The position numbers were made by a program, and so were the translations under genes. This document shows, one piece after another, positions 48,913 through 61,182 of a stretch of 64,000 bases of DNA (position 1 is its first letter; every line of letters begins with the position of its first letter). Location of the stretch: positions 4,652,001 through 4,716,000 of the forward strand of contig JASTWF010000033.1 in the NCBI GenBank assembly GCA_030390025.1. The letters are read 5' to 3'. The notes under the pieces are model-generated. The model searched no databases. It worked only from the letters and a program-made list of their open reading frames with translations, and was not told the origin of the DNA. This DNA is from Squalus acanthias (lineage: Eukaryota).

Positions 48913-50384
48913 TAGCATGTTTGCTTCTCTATATCTTTCCCATTAGTTGCTGGTCTATAAAATATACCTAGCAGTGTAATGGCACCTCTATTATTTCTTA
49001 ACTCTAACCAAATAGATTTTGTCCTTAACCCCTCCAGGACATCCTCTCTCTCCAGCACTGTCACATTCTCATTAATCAACACTGCCACACTACCTCCTTT
49101 CTTTCCTTCGCTTTCTTGCCTGAACACTTTCTCCCAAGGAATATTTAGTACCAAATCCTGCGCTTTTTTGAGCCATGTTTCCGTTATCACCACGACATCA
49201 TATTCCCATGTGGCTATTTACGCCTGCAGCTCACCAACCTAATTAACCACACTTCATGCATTTACCCACATGCACTGTAAACCTGTCTTGTATTCTCTTA
49301 CTCTGACCCAACATAGGACCTTATTATTTATTACTCTTGTGCTATCCATCTCTCCCAATCCTTTGTGGACCTTGTTTCTACTTTCTAATGCTACAGCCTG
49401 GTGCCCACCCACTGCCAAATTAGTTTAAACCTCCCCAACACTACGAGCAACCCACCCCCTCCCAGTCGAGGCTATTGGTTGCGGCCCTGTTGAGGTGCAA
49501 ACTTTCCGGCCTGTACAGGCCCCACCTCCCCGAGAACCGGTCACAATGTCCCAGGAATCTAAAGCCCTCCCTCCTGCACCGTCTCTCCAGCCACACATTC
49601 ATCTGCTCTATCTTTCTATTTCTATACTCACCAGCACAGGCACAGGGAGTAATCCGAAGATGACTACCTTTGAGATCCTGATTTTAATCTCTTTCCTAGC
49701 TCCCTAAAATCTGCCTGCAGATCATCATCCCTCTTTCTACATATGTCATTGGTACCGATATGGACCATGACATCTGGCTGTTCAACCTCCCCTCTCAGAA
49801 TGTTCTTCAGCCGCTCAGTGACATCCTTTACCCTGGCACCAAGGAGGCAACATACTATCCTGGTTTCACGTCTGCATCCGCAGAAACGCTTGTCTATTCC
49901 CCTAACTATTGAATCCACTATCACTATTGCTTTCCTGATCTTTCTCCTCCCCCATAGCCCCCCCCCCCCCTCCCCTCACACACCCTCAATGTACAGCTGA
50001 GCCACCCGTGGTGCTCTGGACTTGGCTCTGGCTGTACTCGCCAGATGAACCATGGCCCTCTCCAGTATTTAGAAATGAATACCGGTTAGAGAGTGAGATG
50101 CACTCAGGGGACACCTGCACTACCTGCCTGGTCCTCCTTGTCTGTCTGGCAGTCACCCATTCCCTCTCTGCCTGCACACGCTTAAGCTGCGGGGTGACGT
50201 AGCTCTCAGCCTCACGGTTCCACCGCATTGACGCCAGTTGCTGCTCAAGCTCCGAAACCCGGAGTTCGAGCTCCTCCAGCTGACGACACCTCCTGCACAT
50301 GTGGTTGTCCAGGACACGGGAAGTGTACTGGAGTTCCCACATGGCACCAGATGTGCATTCCACGGGAATGACGTGCCCTGCCAT
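48913..50384 (-). mobile_element. CR1 5' region: ORF1 (Cys/leucine-zipper N-terminus plus SGNH esterase) and start of the ORF2 endonuclease
   Basis: CRRCRQLEELELRVSELEQQL; DSIVRG...GARVKDV...VHIGTND; ITETWL...GIFYRP. Confidence 0.9.
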
Positions 50385-50612
50385 GTCTTTATTTAACAGA
50401 CTATTACTAACTTAACAGAAATAAACTCAAGACTTTAAAAAATATATTTAGAATTCTCATCATTAAACTGTTCAAATAATCTGTACAATCAGTTCTTGTT
50501 AGCCTGGTAACGACCTCATGGTATCTGGCAAGTGAGATCCCATGCACTGTGAGTTTGTGGGAACATCAGATGACAGGGCTTTGGACCAGAGAGTTGCTGG
50601 GCGGGTCTGACT

Positions 50613-53572
50613 ACTAGTTTGAGGAGCTGTAATAGTTTGAGGTATTGTATTAATTGGAGGTGCTGTATTAGTTTGAGGTGCTGTATTAGTTTGAGGTGCT
50701 GTATTAGTTTGAGGGGCTGTACTAGTTTGAGGTGCTGTATTACCTTGAGGTACTGTATTCGTTTGAGGTGCTGTATTAGTTTGAGGTACTGTTTTATTTG
50801 GAGGGGCTGTATTAGTTTGAGGTATTGTTTTAGTTTGAGGAGCTGTATTAATTTGAGGGGCTGTATTAGATCGAGGTACCGTATTAGTTTGGTCATAGTG
50901 TCATAGAGTTATACAGCACAGAAAGAGGCACTTCGGCCCATCGTGTAGCGCCGGCCATCAAGCCCTGTCTATTCTAATCCTATTTTCCAGCACTTGATCC
51001 GTAGCCTTGTATGCTATGGCGTTTGAATTGTTCATCTAAATGCTTCTTGACTGTTGTTCCTGCCTCTACCACCCTTTCAGGCAGTGAGTTCCAGATTCCA
51101 ACCACCCCCTGTGTGATTTTTTTTCCCCCTCAAATTCCCTCTAAACCTCCTGCCCCTTAACTTGAAACTATGCCCCTGGTTATTGATCACTCTACTAAGG
51201 GGAAACGTTCCTTTCTATCTACCCTATCTATGCCCCTCATAATTTTGTACACCTCAATCAGGTCCCCCCTCAGCCTTCTCTGCTCTAAGGAAAACAACCC
51301 CAGCCTGTCCAGTCTCTCTTCATAGCTTAAGCGCTCCAGTCCAGGTAACATTCTGGTGAATCTCCTCTGCACCCTCTCCAATGCAATCACATAACTCCTA
51401 TAGTGTGGCGATCAGAACTGCACACATTATTCCAGCTGTGGCCTAACTTGCGTTTTGTACAGCTCCATCATAACTTCCCTGCTCTTGTATTCTATGCCTC
51501 AGCTAATGAAGACAAGTATCCCATATGACTTTTTAACCACCTTATCGACCTGTCCTGCTGCCTTCAGGGATCTATGTACATGCACACCAAGGTCGCTCTG
51601 ATCCTCGGTCGTTCCTAGGGACCTACCATTCATTGTGTACCCTTGCCTTGTTAGTCCTCCCAAAATGCATTACCTCACACTTTTCAGGGTTAAATTCCAT
51701 TTGCCACTGTTCTGCCCATCTGACCAACCCGTCTATACCGTCCTATAGCCTGAGGCTTCCCTCCTCTTCTATTTACCACTCCACCAATTTTCGTTTCATC
51801 TGCGAACTTACTGATCATACCTCCTACATTCATATCTAAATCATTAATGTACACTACAAACAGCAAAGGACCCAGAACCGATCCCTGCGGTACACCACTG
51901 GACACAGGCTTCCAGTCATAAAAACATCACCCTCTGCCTCCTGCCACGAAGCCAATTTTGGATCCAATGTGCCAAATTGCCCTGGATCCCATGGCTCTTA
52001 CTTTCTTGACCAGTCTCCCAAGCGGGACTTTGTCAAAAGCCTTACTGAAGTCCATGTAGACTACATCCACTGCACTACCCTCGTCCACACACGAAGTCAA
52101 CCTCTCCAAAAATGCAATCAAATTGTTCAGACATGATCTCCCCCTGACAAAGCCATGGTGACTATCGCTGATTAATCTCGGCTTCTCCAAGTGGAGACTA
52201 ATTCTGTCCCTCAGAAGTTTTTCCAATAATTTCTCTACCACTGATGTTAGGCTTACTGGCCTGTAATTCCCTGGTTTATCCCTACTACCCTTCTTGAACA
52301 ATGGTACTACGTTAGCTGTTCTCCAGTCCTCTGGCACCTCCCCTGTGGCCAGAGAGGATCTGGAAATTTGTGTCAGAGCCCCTGCAATCTCCTCCCTTGC
52401 CTCACACAGCAGCCTGGGATACATCCCGTCAGGGCCTGGGGAATTATCCACTTTTAAGCCCGCTAAAATCGCTAGTAGCTCCTCCCTCACAATACTAATT
52501 TGTTCAAATATATCACACTCCCCCTGCCTGATTTCTATGCCTACATCATCCTTCTCCTGAATGAACACAGATGCAAAATATTCATTTAAAACCTCACCTA
52601 CATCTTCTGGCTCTACACACTCTGCCACTTTAGTCCCTAATGGGTCCTACTCTTTCCCTGGTTATCCTCTTGCCCTTAATATACTTATAAAACACCTTGG
52701 GAGTTTCCTTTATTCTGCCCGCCAGTGTTATTTCATGCCCCCTCTTCGCTCTTCTAATTTATTTTTTAAGTGCCCCCCTGCACTTTCTATACTCCTCTGG
52801 GGATCCACTGTTTTTGTCCTTTGTATCTGCTAAAAGCCTCCCTTTTTTCCCTAATCCATTCTTGTATATCCCTTGACATCCAGGGTTCCCTGAGTTTGTT
52901 GGTCCCACCCTTGATCTTTACGGGAACATGTTGGCGTTGTACTCTCTCCATTTCCTTTCTGAAAGACTCCCAATTTGAGGGTCTGTATTAGTTTGAGGGC
53001 CTGTATTAGTTTGAGGGGCTGTATTAGTTTGAGGGGCTGTATTGGTTTGAGGTACTGTATTAGTTTTAGGGGCTGTATTAGTTTGAGTGGCTGTATTAGT
53101 TTGAGGGTCTGTATTAGTTTGAGGGGCTGTATTAGTTTGAGGAGCTCTATTAGTTTGAGGTGCTGTATTAGTTTGAGGTGCTGTATTAGTTTGAGGAGCT
53201 GTATTAGTTTGAGGGGCTGTATTAGTTTGAGGTGCTGTATTAGTTTGAGGGTCTGTTTTAGTTTGAGGGGCTGTATTAGTTTGACGGGCTGTATTAATTT
53301 GAGGGGCTGTATTAGTTTGAGGGGCTGTATTACTTTGAGGAACTCTATTAGTTTGAGGGGCTGTATTAGTTTCAGGGGCTGTATTAGTTTGAGGGGCTGT
53401 ATTAGTTTGAGGGGCTGTATTAGTTTGAAGGGCTGTATTAGTTTGAGGGTCTGTATTAGTTTGAGGTGCTGCATTAGTTTGAGGGGCTGTATTAGTTTGA
53501 GGGTCTGTATTAGTTTGAGGAGCTGTATTAGTTTGAAGGTCTGTATTAGTTTGAGGAACTGTTTAGGTTGAG
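50613..53572. repeat. 18-bp minisatellite (TGTATTAGTTTGAGGGGC)n in two arms (50613-50892 and 52973-53572) split by a CR1
   Basis: Same unit and orientation on both sides of the CR1; gives the LKLIQP periodic ORFs. Confidence 0.93.
50893..52972 (-). mobile_element. CR1 LINE (different subfamily), 5'-truncated
   Basis: Minus ORFs 51927-52628 (SPGPDG, YRPVSLTS, YMDFSKAFD), 51690-51905 ([16 protein letters not shown]) and 51187-51390. Confidence 0.95.
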
Positions 53573-53993
53573 GATCCATCGACACAAATTCAATTGTTTT
53601 ACTGAATGGCCACAGTTAAGGCGGAGAGCCCCATCCAAGAGTGCAGCAGAGCAGCCCTGAGCGGACACTCTAACATTGGGAATTTAGTTACTGAATGGCC
53701 ACAGCAGAGTGAAGGACATCACCAAAACAATATTAGGTCTCGAGATGGGCCTGGTGGTGTTTGCAACAACAACCCCATTGCTGGGAGAATACAGCTGGCA
53801 ATTTTCATTATTTAATTCATGGGATGAGAATGCTCCGGTCTTTGGGGTTTTCAATTTCAATTTCAGCACTAAATATATTCCATCACAACAGGGAATTAAC
53901 TCGGCTGTCATCATCTGTTTGTTCCAATGTTTTTTTAAAACAGTATGTTCAGCGATGTTGCAACCTCAATGCCCCCGTGGAGATCCCGCAGGG

Positions 53994-53999
53994 TATAAA
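53994..53999 (+). promoter_or_regulatory. Candidate TATA box of GPCR copy 3
   Basis: GGG-TATAAA-TG, 92 nt upstream of the exon 1 ATG in non-repetitive sequence. Confidence 0.5.
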
Positions 54000-54085
54000 T
54001 GAAAGGCTCTGGGAATGTTCCGCCTCAGAGTTTAATTCAGAAAGATTGCCTGCAGCACGAAGGGACACATCGCTTCACACAGAAA

Positions 54086-54152
54086 ATGCGTGACACATAT
54101 CACAGTGTGGAGAAAATATACTACATGATCATTGCCGTCATTGGTGTTCCTG
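54086..54152 (+). CDS. GPR139/GPR142-like GPCR copy 3, coding exon 1 (exon 2 presumably lies beyond the window)
   Basis: ATG-initiated MRDTYHSVEKIYYMIIAVIGVP-G|GTAAGT, with the same GGTGTTCCTG|GTAAGT phase-1 donor as copy 1; too short for the ORF track. Confidence 0.85.
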
Positions 54153-54474
54153 GTAAGTGAGTATAACCATTGAATTTGTGGAAATCTGTGTGTGAGCTGG
54201 TCTCTGGTTTTGCTCTGTGACTGATAATGTTACATCCTGATCTAGTGGTCACCTTTGTACAGCGACCCGATCAGTGATAACATTTCGTTTAGTCAAATGA
54301 CCTGAATTATTTCTGAGGTTTTTTTCCATTGCCTCAACTGAAAGTAAAACTCTGTTTGTAACTCACGGGCTCGCTGTGTTATGATGTTATTGACTTTCGT
54401 GTAATATTGTGTACTGTTGAATCAGACCTCAGTGTAAGGAACGCTCTGAGAGAAGGTATTAGTGGAAGGGACTC

Positions 54475-55190
54475 TCACTGTAGAACTGTACTGAGTGTGG
54501 GTCACTAACCGGAGTAGAACACCTGACCCAGTGGCCATCTTTTACTGGGAGTATCTGTCACTGTAAAACTGTACTGAGAGTGGGTCACTAACCGGAGTGG
54601 ATCACCTGACCCCAGTGGCCATGTATTACTGGGATTATCTGTCACTGTAGAATTACTGAGTGTGGGTCACTAACTGGAGTGGAACACCTGACCACAGTGG
54701 CCATGTATTACTGGGAGTATCTTTCGCTGTAGAATTGTACAGAGTGTGGGTCACTAACCGGAGTGGAACACCAGACCCCAGTGGCCATGTATTACTGGGA
54801 TTATCTGTCACTGTAGAATTACTGAGTGTGGGTCACTAACTGGAGTGGAACACCTGACCCCAGTGGCCATGTATTACTGGGATTATCTGTCACTGTAGAA
54901 TTACTGAGTGTGGGTCACTAACTGGAGTGGAACACCTGACCCCAGTGGCCATGTATTACTGGGAGTATCTTTCGCTGTAGAATTGTACTGAGTGTGGGTC
55001 ACTAACCGGAGTGGAACACCTGACCCCAGTAGCCACGTATTACTGGGAGTATCTGTCACTGTAGAACTGTACTGAGAGTGGGTCACTAACCGGAGTGGAA
55101 CACCTGACCCTAGTAGCCATGTGATACTGGGACTATCTGTCACTGTAGAATTGCACTGAGTGTAGGTCACTAACCGGAGTGAAACACCTA
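54475..55190. repeat. 82-84-bp minisatellite, about 9 copies, in the GPCR copy 3 intron
   Basis: GGTCACTAA recurs at ~54499, 54582, 54664, 54748, 54830, 54912, 54996, 55080 and 55164. Confidence 0.93.
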
Positions 55191-56800
55191 TAGACTCTGG
55201 AACAGTTCCCATGGATTGGAGGGTAGCTAATGTAACCCCACTATTATAAAAAATGGTAGAGAGAAAATGGGGAATTATAGACCGGTAAGCCTGACATCGG
55301 TAGTGGGGAAAATGTTAGAGTCCATTATAAAAGATGTAATAGCAGAGCACTTGGAAAACAGTGACAGGATTGGAAAAAAGTCAGCATGGATTTACAAAAG
55401 TTAAATCATGCTTGACTAATCTACTGGAATTTTTTGAGGATGTAACTATTAGAATAGATTAGGGAGAACCAGTGGATGTAGAGTATTTGGAATTTCAGAA
55501 GGCTTTCGATAAGGTCCCGCATAAGAGATTAGCGTGCAAAGTTAAAGCACATGGGATTGGGGGTAAGGTACTGTCTTGGATAGAAAACTGGTTGGCAGGC
55601 AGGAAGCAAAGAGTTGAAATAAACGGGACTTTTTCCGAGTGGCAGGCAGTGACCAGTGGGGTACCGCAGGGAGCGGTGCTAGGACCCCAGTTATTCACAA
55701 TATTTATCAATGATCTAGACGAGGAAACTAGATGTAATATCTCCAAGTTTGCAGATGACACAAAACTGGGTGGGCGTGTGTGCTGTGAGGAGGATGCAGA
55801 GAAACTCAAGTATGATTTGGACAGGTTCGGTGATTGGGCAGATGCATGGCAGATGCAGTATAATGTGGATAAATGCGAGGTTATCCATTTTGGTGGCAAA
55901 AACAGGAAGGCAGATTATTATCTAAACGGCAATAGATTGGGAAAAGGCGAAATGCAACGAGACCTGGGTGTCCCTGTGCACAAGTCGCTGAAGGTAAGCA
56001 TGCTGGTGCAGCAGGCGGTTAAGAAGGGAAATGGTATGTTGTCCTTCATAGCGAGAGGATTCGAGTACAGGAGCAAGGATGTCTTGCTGCAGTTGTACAG
56101 GGCCTTGGTGAGACCACACATTGAATATTTTGTGCAGTTTTGGTCGCCTTATCAAAGGAAATATGTTCTTGCCATGGAGGGAGTGCAGCGAAGATTCACC
56201 AGATTGATACCCGGGATGGCAGGAATGACGTATGAAGAGAGATTGGGTCGATTGAGCTTGTATTCGCTAGAGTTTAGAAGAATGAGAGGGGATCTCATTG
56301 AAACTTATAAAATTCTAACAGGACTAGACAGACTAGATGCAGGAAGGATGTTCCCGATGGTGGGGGAGTCCAGAACCAGGGTTAACAATCTAAGGATAAG
56401 GGGTAAGCCATTTAGGACTGAGATGAGGAGGAATTTCTTCACCCAGAGAGTGGTGAACCTGTGGAATTCTCTACCACAGAAGACAGTTTAGTCCAATTCA
56501 TTAAATATATTCAAGAAGAAGTTAGTTATATTTCTTAAGGCTAAGGTGATCAAGGGATATGGGGAGAAAGCAGGGACAGGGTACTGAATTTGGATGATCA
56601 GCCATGATCGCATTGAATGGCGGAGCAGGCTCGAGGGGCCGAATGGCCTACTCCTGCTCCTATTTTCTATGTTTCTATCCCAGTGGCAGGAAACGGCTAT
56701 TGAGGTCGATGATCAGCCATGATTTTATTGAATGGCGGAGCTGGTTCGAGGGGCCGAATGGGCTACTCCTGCTCCTATTTCTTATGTTCTTATGTTCATA
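55190..56800 (+). mobile_element. Young CR1 (RT ORF 55472-56491) followed by a second CR1 tail
   Basis: FQKAFDKVPH, GVPQG and KFADDTK; tails end at ~56678 and ~56800. Confidence 0.95.
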
Positions 56801-57052
56801 TATAAGTTGAAATGCATTGATAATGCTTTGTTTCCTACTGAACTGCACCAACAGGAACAGATGTTAACTAATTACTGACAGGTAAACAGCAGGACAGCAG
56901 TGTCAAAGTATTCAAATCCTATGTATATTGACTTATTCTTACTCTATGTAGAAATATTGTAAACACTTTAATTGTTTTGGTGCTGATTAATCACCTTCCC
57001 CCAACACTGACCTGAGAATCTGTTGGTCATGAGCGCTGAATTTCATTATGTT

Positions 57053-58680
57053 ACATAGAAGCATAGAAGATAGGAGCAGGAGTCGGTCATTCGGCCCCTC
57101 GAGCCTGCACCGCCAATTAATGAGATCATGGCTGACCATCCAAATTTAGTACGCTGTCCCTGCTTTCTCCCCATATACCTTGATCTCTTTAGCCTTAAGA
57201 AATATATCTATCTCCTTCTTGAATATATTTGCTGAGTTGGCCTCAACTGCCTTCTGTGGTAGAGAATTCCACAGGTTCACCACTCTCTGGGTGAAGAAAT
57301 TCCTCCTCATCTCAGACCGAAATGGCTTACCCCTTATCCTTAGACTGTGACCCCTGGTTCTGGACTCCCTCGCCTTCGGGAAAATCGTTCCTGCATCTAG
57401 TCTGCCTAGTCCTGTTGGAATTTTATAAGTTTCAATGAGATCCCCTCTCCTTCTTCGAAACTCTAGCGAATATAAGCCTAATCGACCCAATCTATCTTCA
57501 TACGTCATTCCTGCCATCCCAGGTATCAGTCTGGTAAATCTTCGCTGCACTCCCTCCATGGCAAGAACATCCTTCCTTGGATAAGGCGACCAAAACTGCA
57601 CGCAATACTCAAGGTATGACTCACCAAGGCCTTGTACAACTGCAGCAAGACATCCTTGCTCCTGTACTCGATTCCTCTCGCTATGAAGGCCTACATACCA
57701 TTTGCCTTCTTATGCGCCTGCTGCACCTGCATGCTTACCTTCAGCGACTGATGCACAAGGACTCCCAGATAACGTTGCACTTCCCCTTTTCCCAATCTAT
57801 CGCCGTTCAGATAATAATCTGTCTTCCTGTTTTTGCAACCAAAGTGGATAACCTCGCATTTATCCACATTATACTGCATCGGCATGCATCTGCCCAATCA
57901 CCCAAATTGTCAAAATCATACTGGAGTTTATCTGCATCCTCCTCATAGCACATATGCCAACCCAGCTTTGTGTCGTCTGCAAACTTAGAGATATTACATC
58001 TAGTACCCTCGTCTGGATCATTAATATATATTGTGAATAGCTGGGGTCCTAGCACCGATCCCTGCGGTACCCCACTAGTCACTGTCTGCCACTCGGAAAA
58101 ATATCCGTTTATTCCAACTCTTTGCTTCCTCTCTGCCAACCAGTTCTCTTTCCAAATCAGTACCTTACCCCCAACCCCATGTGCTTTAACTATGCACGCT
58201 AATCTCTTATGCGGGACATTATGGAAAGCCTTCTGAAAGTCCAAATACACCACATCCACTGGTTCTCCCTTATCTATTCTACCAGTTACATCCTCAAAAA
58301 ATTCCAGTGGATTAGTCAAGCACGATTTACCTTTTGTAAATCCATGTTGACTTTGTCCGATCCTGTCACTGTTTTCCAAGGGCTCTGCTGTTACATCTTT
58401 TATAATGGACTCTAGCATTTTCCTCAATACCGATGTCAGTCTTACCTGTCTATAGTGCCCCGTATTTTCTCTACCACCTTTTTTAAATAGTAGGGTTATA
58501 TTAGCTACCCTCCAATCCATGGGAACTGTTCCAGAATCTTTAGAATTTTGAAAGATGACCAGCAATGCATCTACTATTTCTAGGCCCACTTCCTTAAGTA
58601 CCCTGGGATGTAGATTATCAGGCCCTGGGGATTTATCGGCCTTCAATCCCGTCAATTTCCCTACAAATTCTGATTTCATT
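57053..58680 (-). mobile_element. Young CR1 facing the previous copy tail-to-tail
   Basis: Minus ORFs 57807-58679 and 57146-57601. Confidence 0.95.
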
Positions 58681-59044
58681 CAATTCCTCCCTCTCATTAG
58701 ACAGAATGTGGTTATTGATTATTCCACTTCTGTAACTGATTAAGGTTTGACGAACCAGTTCTTACCTCTGATTCAGAGGTTCTGCACAGGTAAACTGCAA
58801 CGATCTCTGGCCTTAGCTCAGTGAGGTGAGTCCCTGCGAGGAGAGACATGCTTAACTGAAGAACATGTATATCAGGTTTTCATAATACACATATCAGTCC
58901 CGAGGGCAGTAAATAATAGCATTAATAAATTGATAAAGATTTAATATATAGGACAATGCCTCAATAAATAAAACACTTCAATATCCGCAATGATTAAATT
59001 AACTGATGAATGTGATTAATTTGTACTGACGTTACGGAGAACGC

Positions 59045-61165
59045 CTTAGAATTTACAGCACAAAACAGGCCATTCGGCCACACTAGGTTATACCAGTGTT
59101 TATGCTCCACAGGAGCCTCATCCCACCCCTCTTCATCTCACCCGATCAGCATAACCTTCTACTGCTTTCTACCTCGTGTACTTGTCTCGCTTTCCCTTCA
59201 ATGCTTCTCTGCTATTCGCCTCAAGTACTCCAAGTTGTAGGGAGTTCCACATTCTAACCAATCTCTGAGTAAAGACATTTCTCCTCAATTCCGTATTGGA
59301 TTTATTAGTGACTCTCTTTTATCGATAATCTCCAATTTTGCACTCACGTCACAAGTATAAACATCTACCCTATGTTACCCCTTCAAAATTTAAAGGCCTC
59401 TATTAGGCCACCCCTCAGCCTTCTTTTTTGTAAAGAAAGGAGCCCCAGCCTGTTCAATCTTTCCTGATGGTTATAATGTCTCAGTTCTGGTGTCATCCTT
59501 GTAAAAATATTGCACTTTCTCCTGAGCCTTAATATCCTTTATGTAATATCGAGATCAGAACTGCACACAGTACACTCAGTGTGGTATAACCAAGGTTCAA
59601 TATAAGTTTAAGCTAACCACTTTGCTTTACGATTCTATTCTTCTAGAAATGAACTCCAGTGCTTTGTTTCCATGTTTATGGCCTTGTTAACATGCGTTGC
59701 TACTTTAAATGATTTGTTAATCGGTGCCCCTCTACCCCATTCCCACTCTGATTTCCAAGGGCTTTTTGGGAACCTTATTCTTCCTAGCAAAATGCAGTAC
59801 CTCTCACTTAGCTATATTGAAATTAATTTGCCATTTAAACGCCCTTTCTGCAAGTTTATTAATGTCTTCAGGTATTGTGTTGCATTCTTCCTCTGTATTA
59901 ACTGTACTTCCAATTTGGATTCATCTGCAAATTTTGAATTTGTTCTTCTGCTTCCCGATTCAATATCGTTTATGTAAATGGTGAACATCAATGATTGCAA
60001 CGCCGATCCTTGTGGAACATCACATCTCACCATCCACCTATCTGAGTAAATAGCTTTATCCACAACTCCCTATTTTCTGTTCTTGCAGCCATCTTGCTAT
60101 CCATTCTGCTGCTTGTCTCCTAACTCCACTTGCTCTGTGATTCAGTCTGCTATGTGGTACCTTATCGAATGGCTTTAAAAAATCAAATATATCTCCTGCA
60201 TAACCCTTATCTAATCTTTCTGATACTTATTCAAAGAATTCACTAAGGTTACTTAAGCAAGACATTCCAAAGTGGGTGCAGGAACAGAGGGACCTCGGGT
60301 ATATGTACAAAAATCGTGGAAGGTGGCAGGGCAGGTTGAGAAATGCTTACTGGAATCTGAGCTTTATAAATAGAGGCATAGAGTACAAAAGCAAAGAAGT
60401 TATGATAAACATTTATGAAACATTGGTTCGGTCACAACTGGAGTATTGTGTCCAATTCTGGGCACCGCACTTTAGGAAGGGGCATGAAGGCTTTAGAGAG
60501 GGTGCAGAAAAGATTGACAAGAATGTTTCCAGGGGTGAGAGACTTCAGTTATGTAGATATGCTAGAGAAACTGGGAGTGTTCTCATTAGAGCAGAGAAGA
60601 TTGAGAGGAGATTTGATAGAGGTTATCAAAATCATGAGGGGTCTAGACAGAGTAGACAGAGTAGACAGAGAGAAGCTGTTCCCATTGGTGGAACGGTCAA
60701 GAACCAGAGGACCCAGGTTTTAGGTGATGTGCTGAAGATCCAAAGGTGACATGAGGAAAAACTTTTTAAGGCAACGTTGGGTTATGATCTGGAATGCACT
60801 GCCTGAAAGGGTGATGCAGGCAGATTCAATCGTGGCTTTCAAAAAGGAATGGGATAAGTACCTGAAGGAAAATAATTGCAGGGCTACGGTGAAAGGGCGG
60901 GGGATTGGGATTAGCTGCATGGCATGTGCAGAGAATGAGCACGGGCTCGACAGGCCGAATGGCCTCCTTCTGTGCTGTAACCATTCTATGATTTCCTTTT
61001 GGAATACCTGCTGACTACTCGTTATTATATTTTGTGTTTCTAGATGTTTTTCTGTTACATCTTTGAGTAAGGATTCCATTAACTTTCCTACCATCGACGT
61101 TATGCTTACTGGTCTGCAGATCTTTGGAATTGTTCTATCTTCCATTTTATATACAGGAATAACAT
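59045..61165 (-). mobile_element. Old CR1 (minus) with a nested plus-strand CR1 3' fragment at ~60270-60990
   Basis: DVPQGSALQSLMFTIYIND...KFADES on minus; LEYCVQFWAP and RLRGDLIEV on plus. Confidence 0.8.
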
Positions 61166-61182
61166 TTAAATGGTGAACCCCA

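Noticed and set aside
50516..53585. LKLIQP leucine-repeat proteins
   Set aside because: Translations of an 18-bp minisatellite split by a CR1.
54901..55212. 103-aa repetitive minus-strand ORF
   Set aside because: Translation of the 82-84-bp intronic minisatellite plus the CR1 edge.
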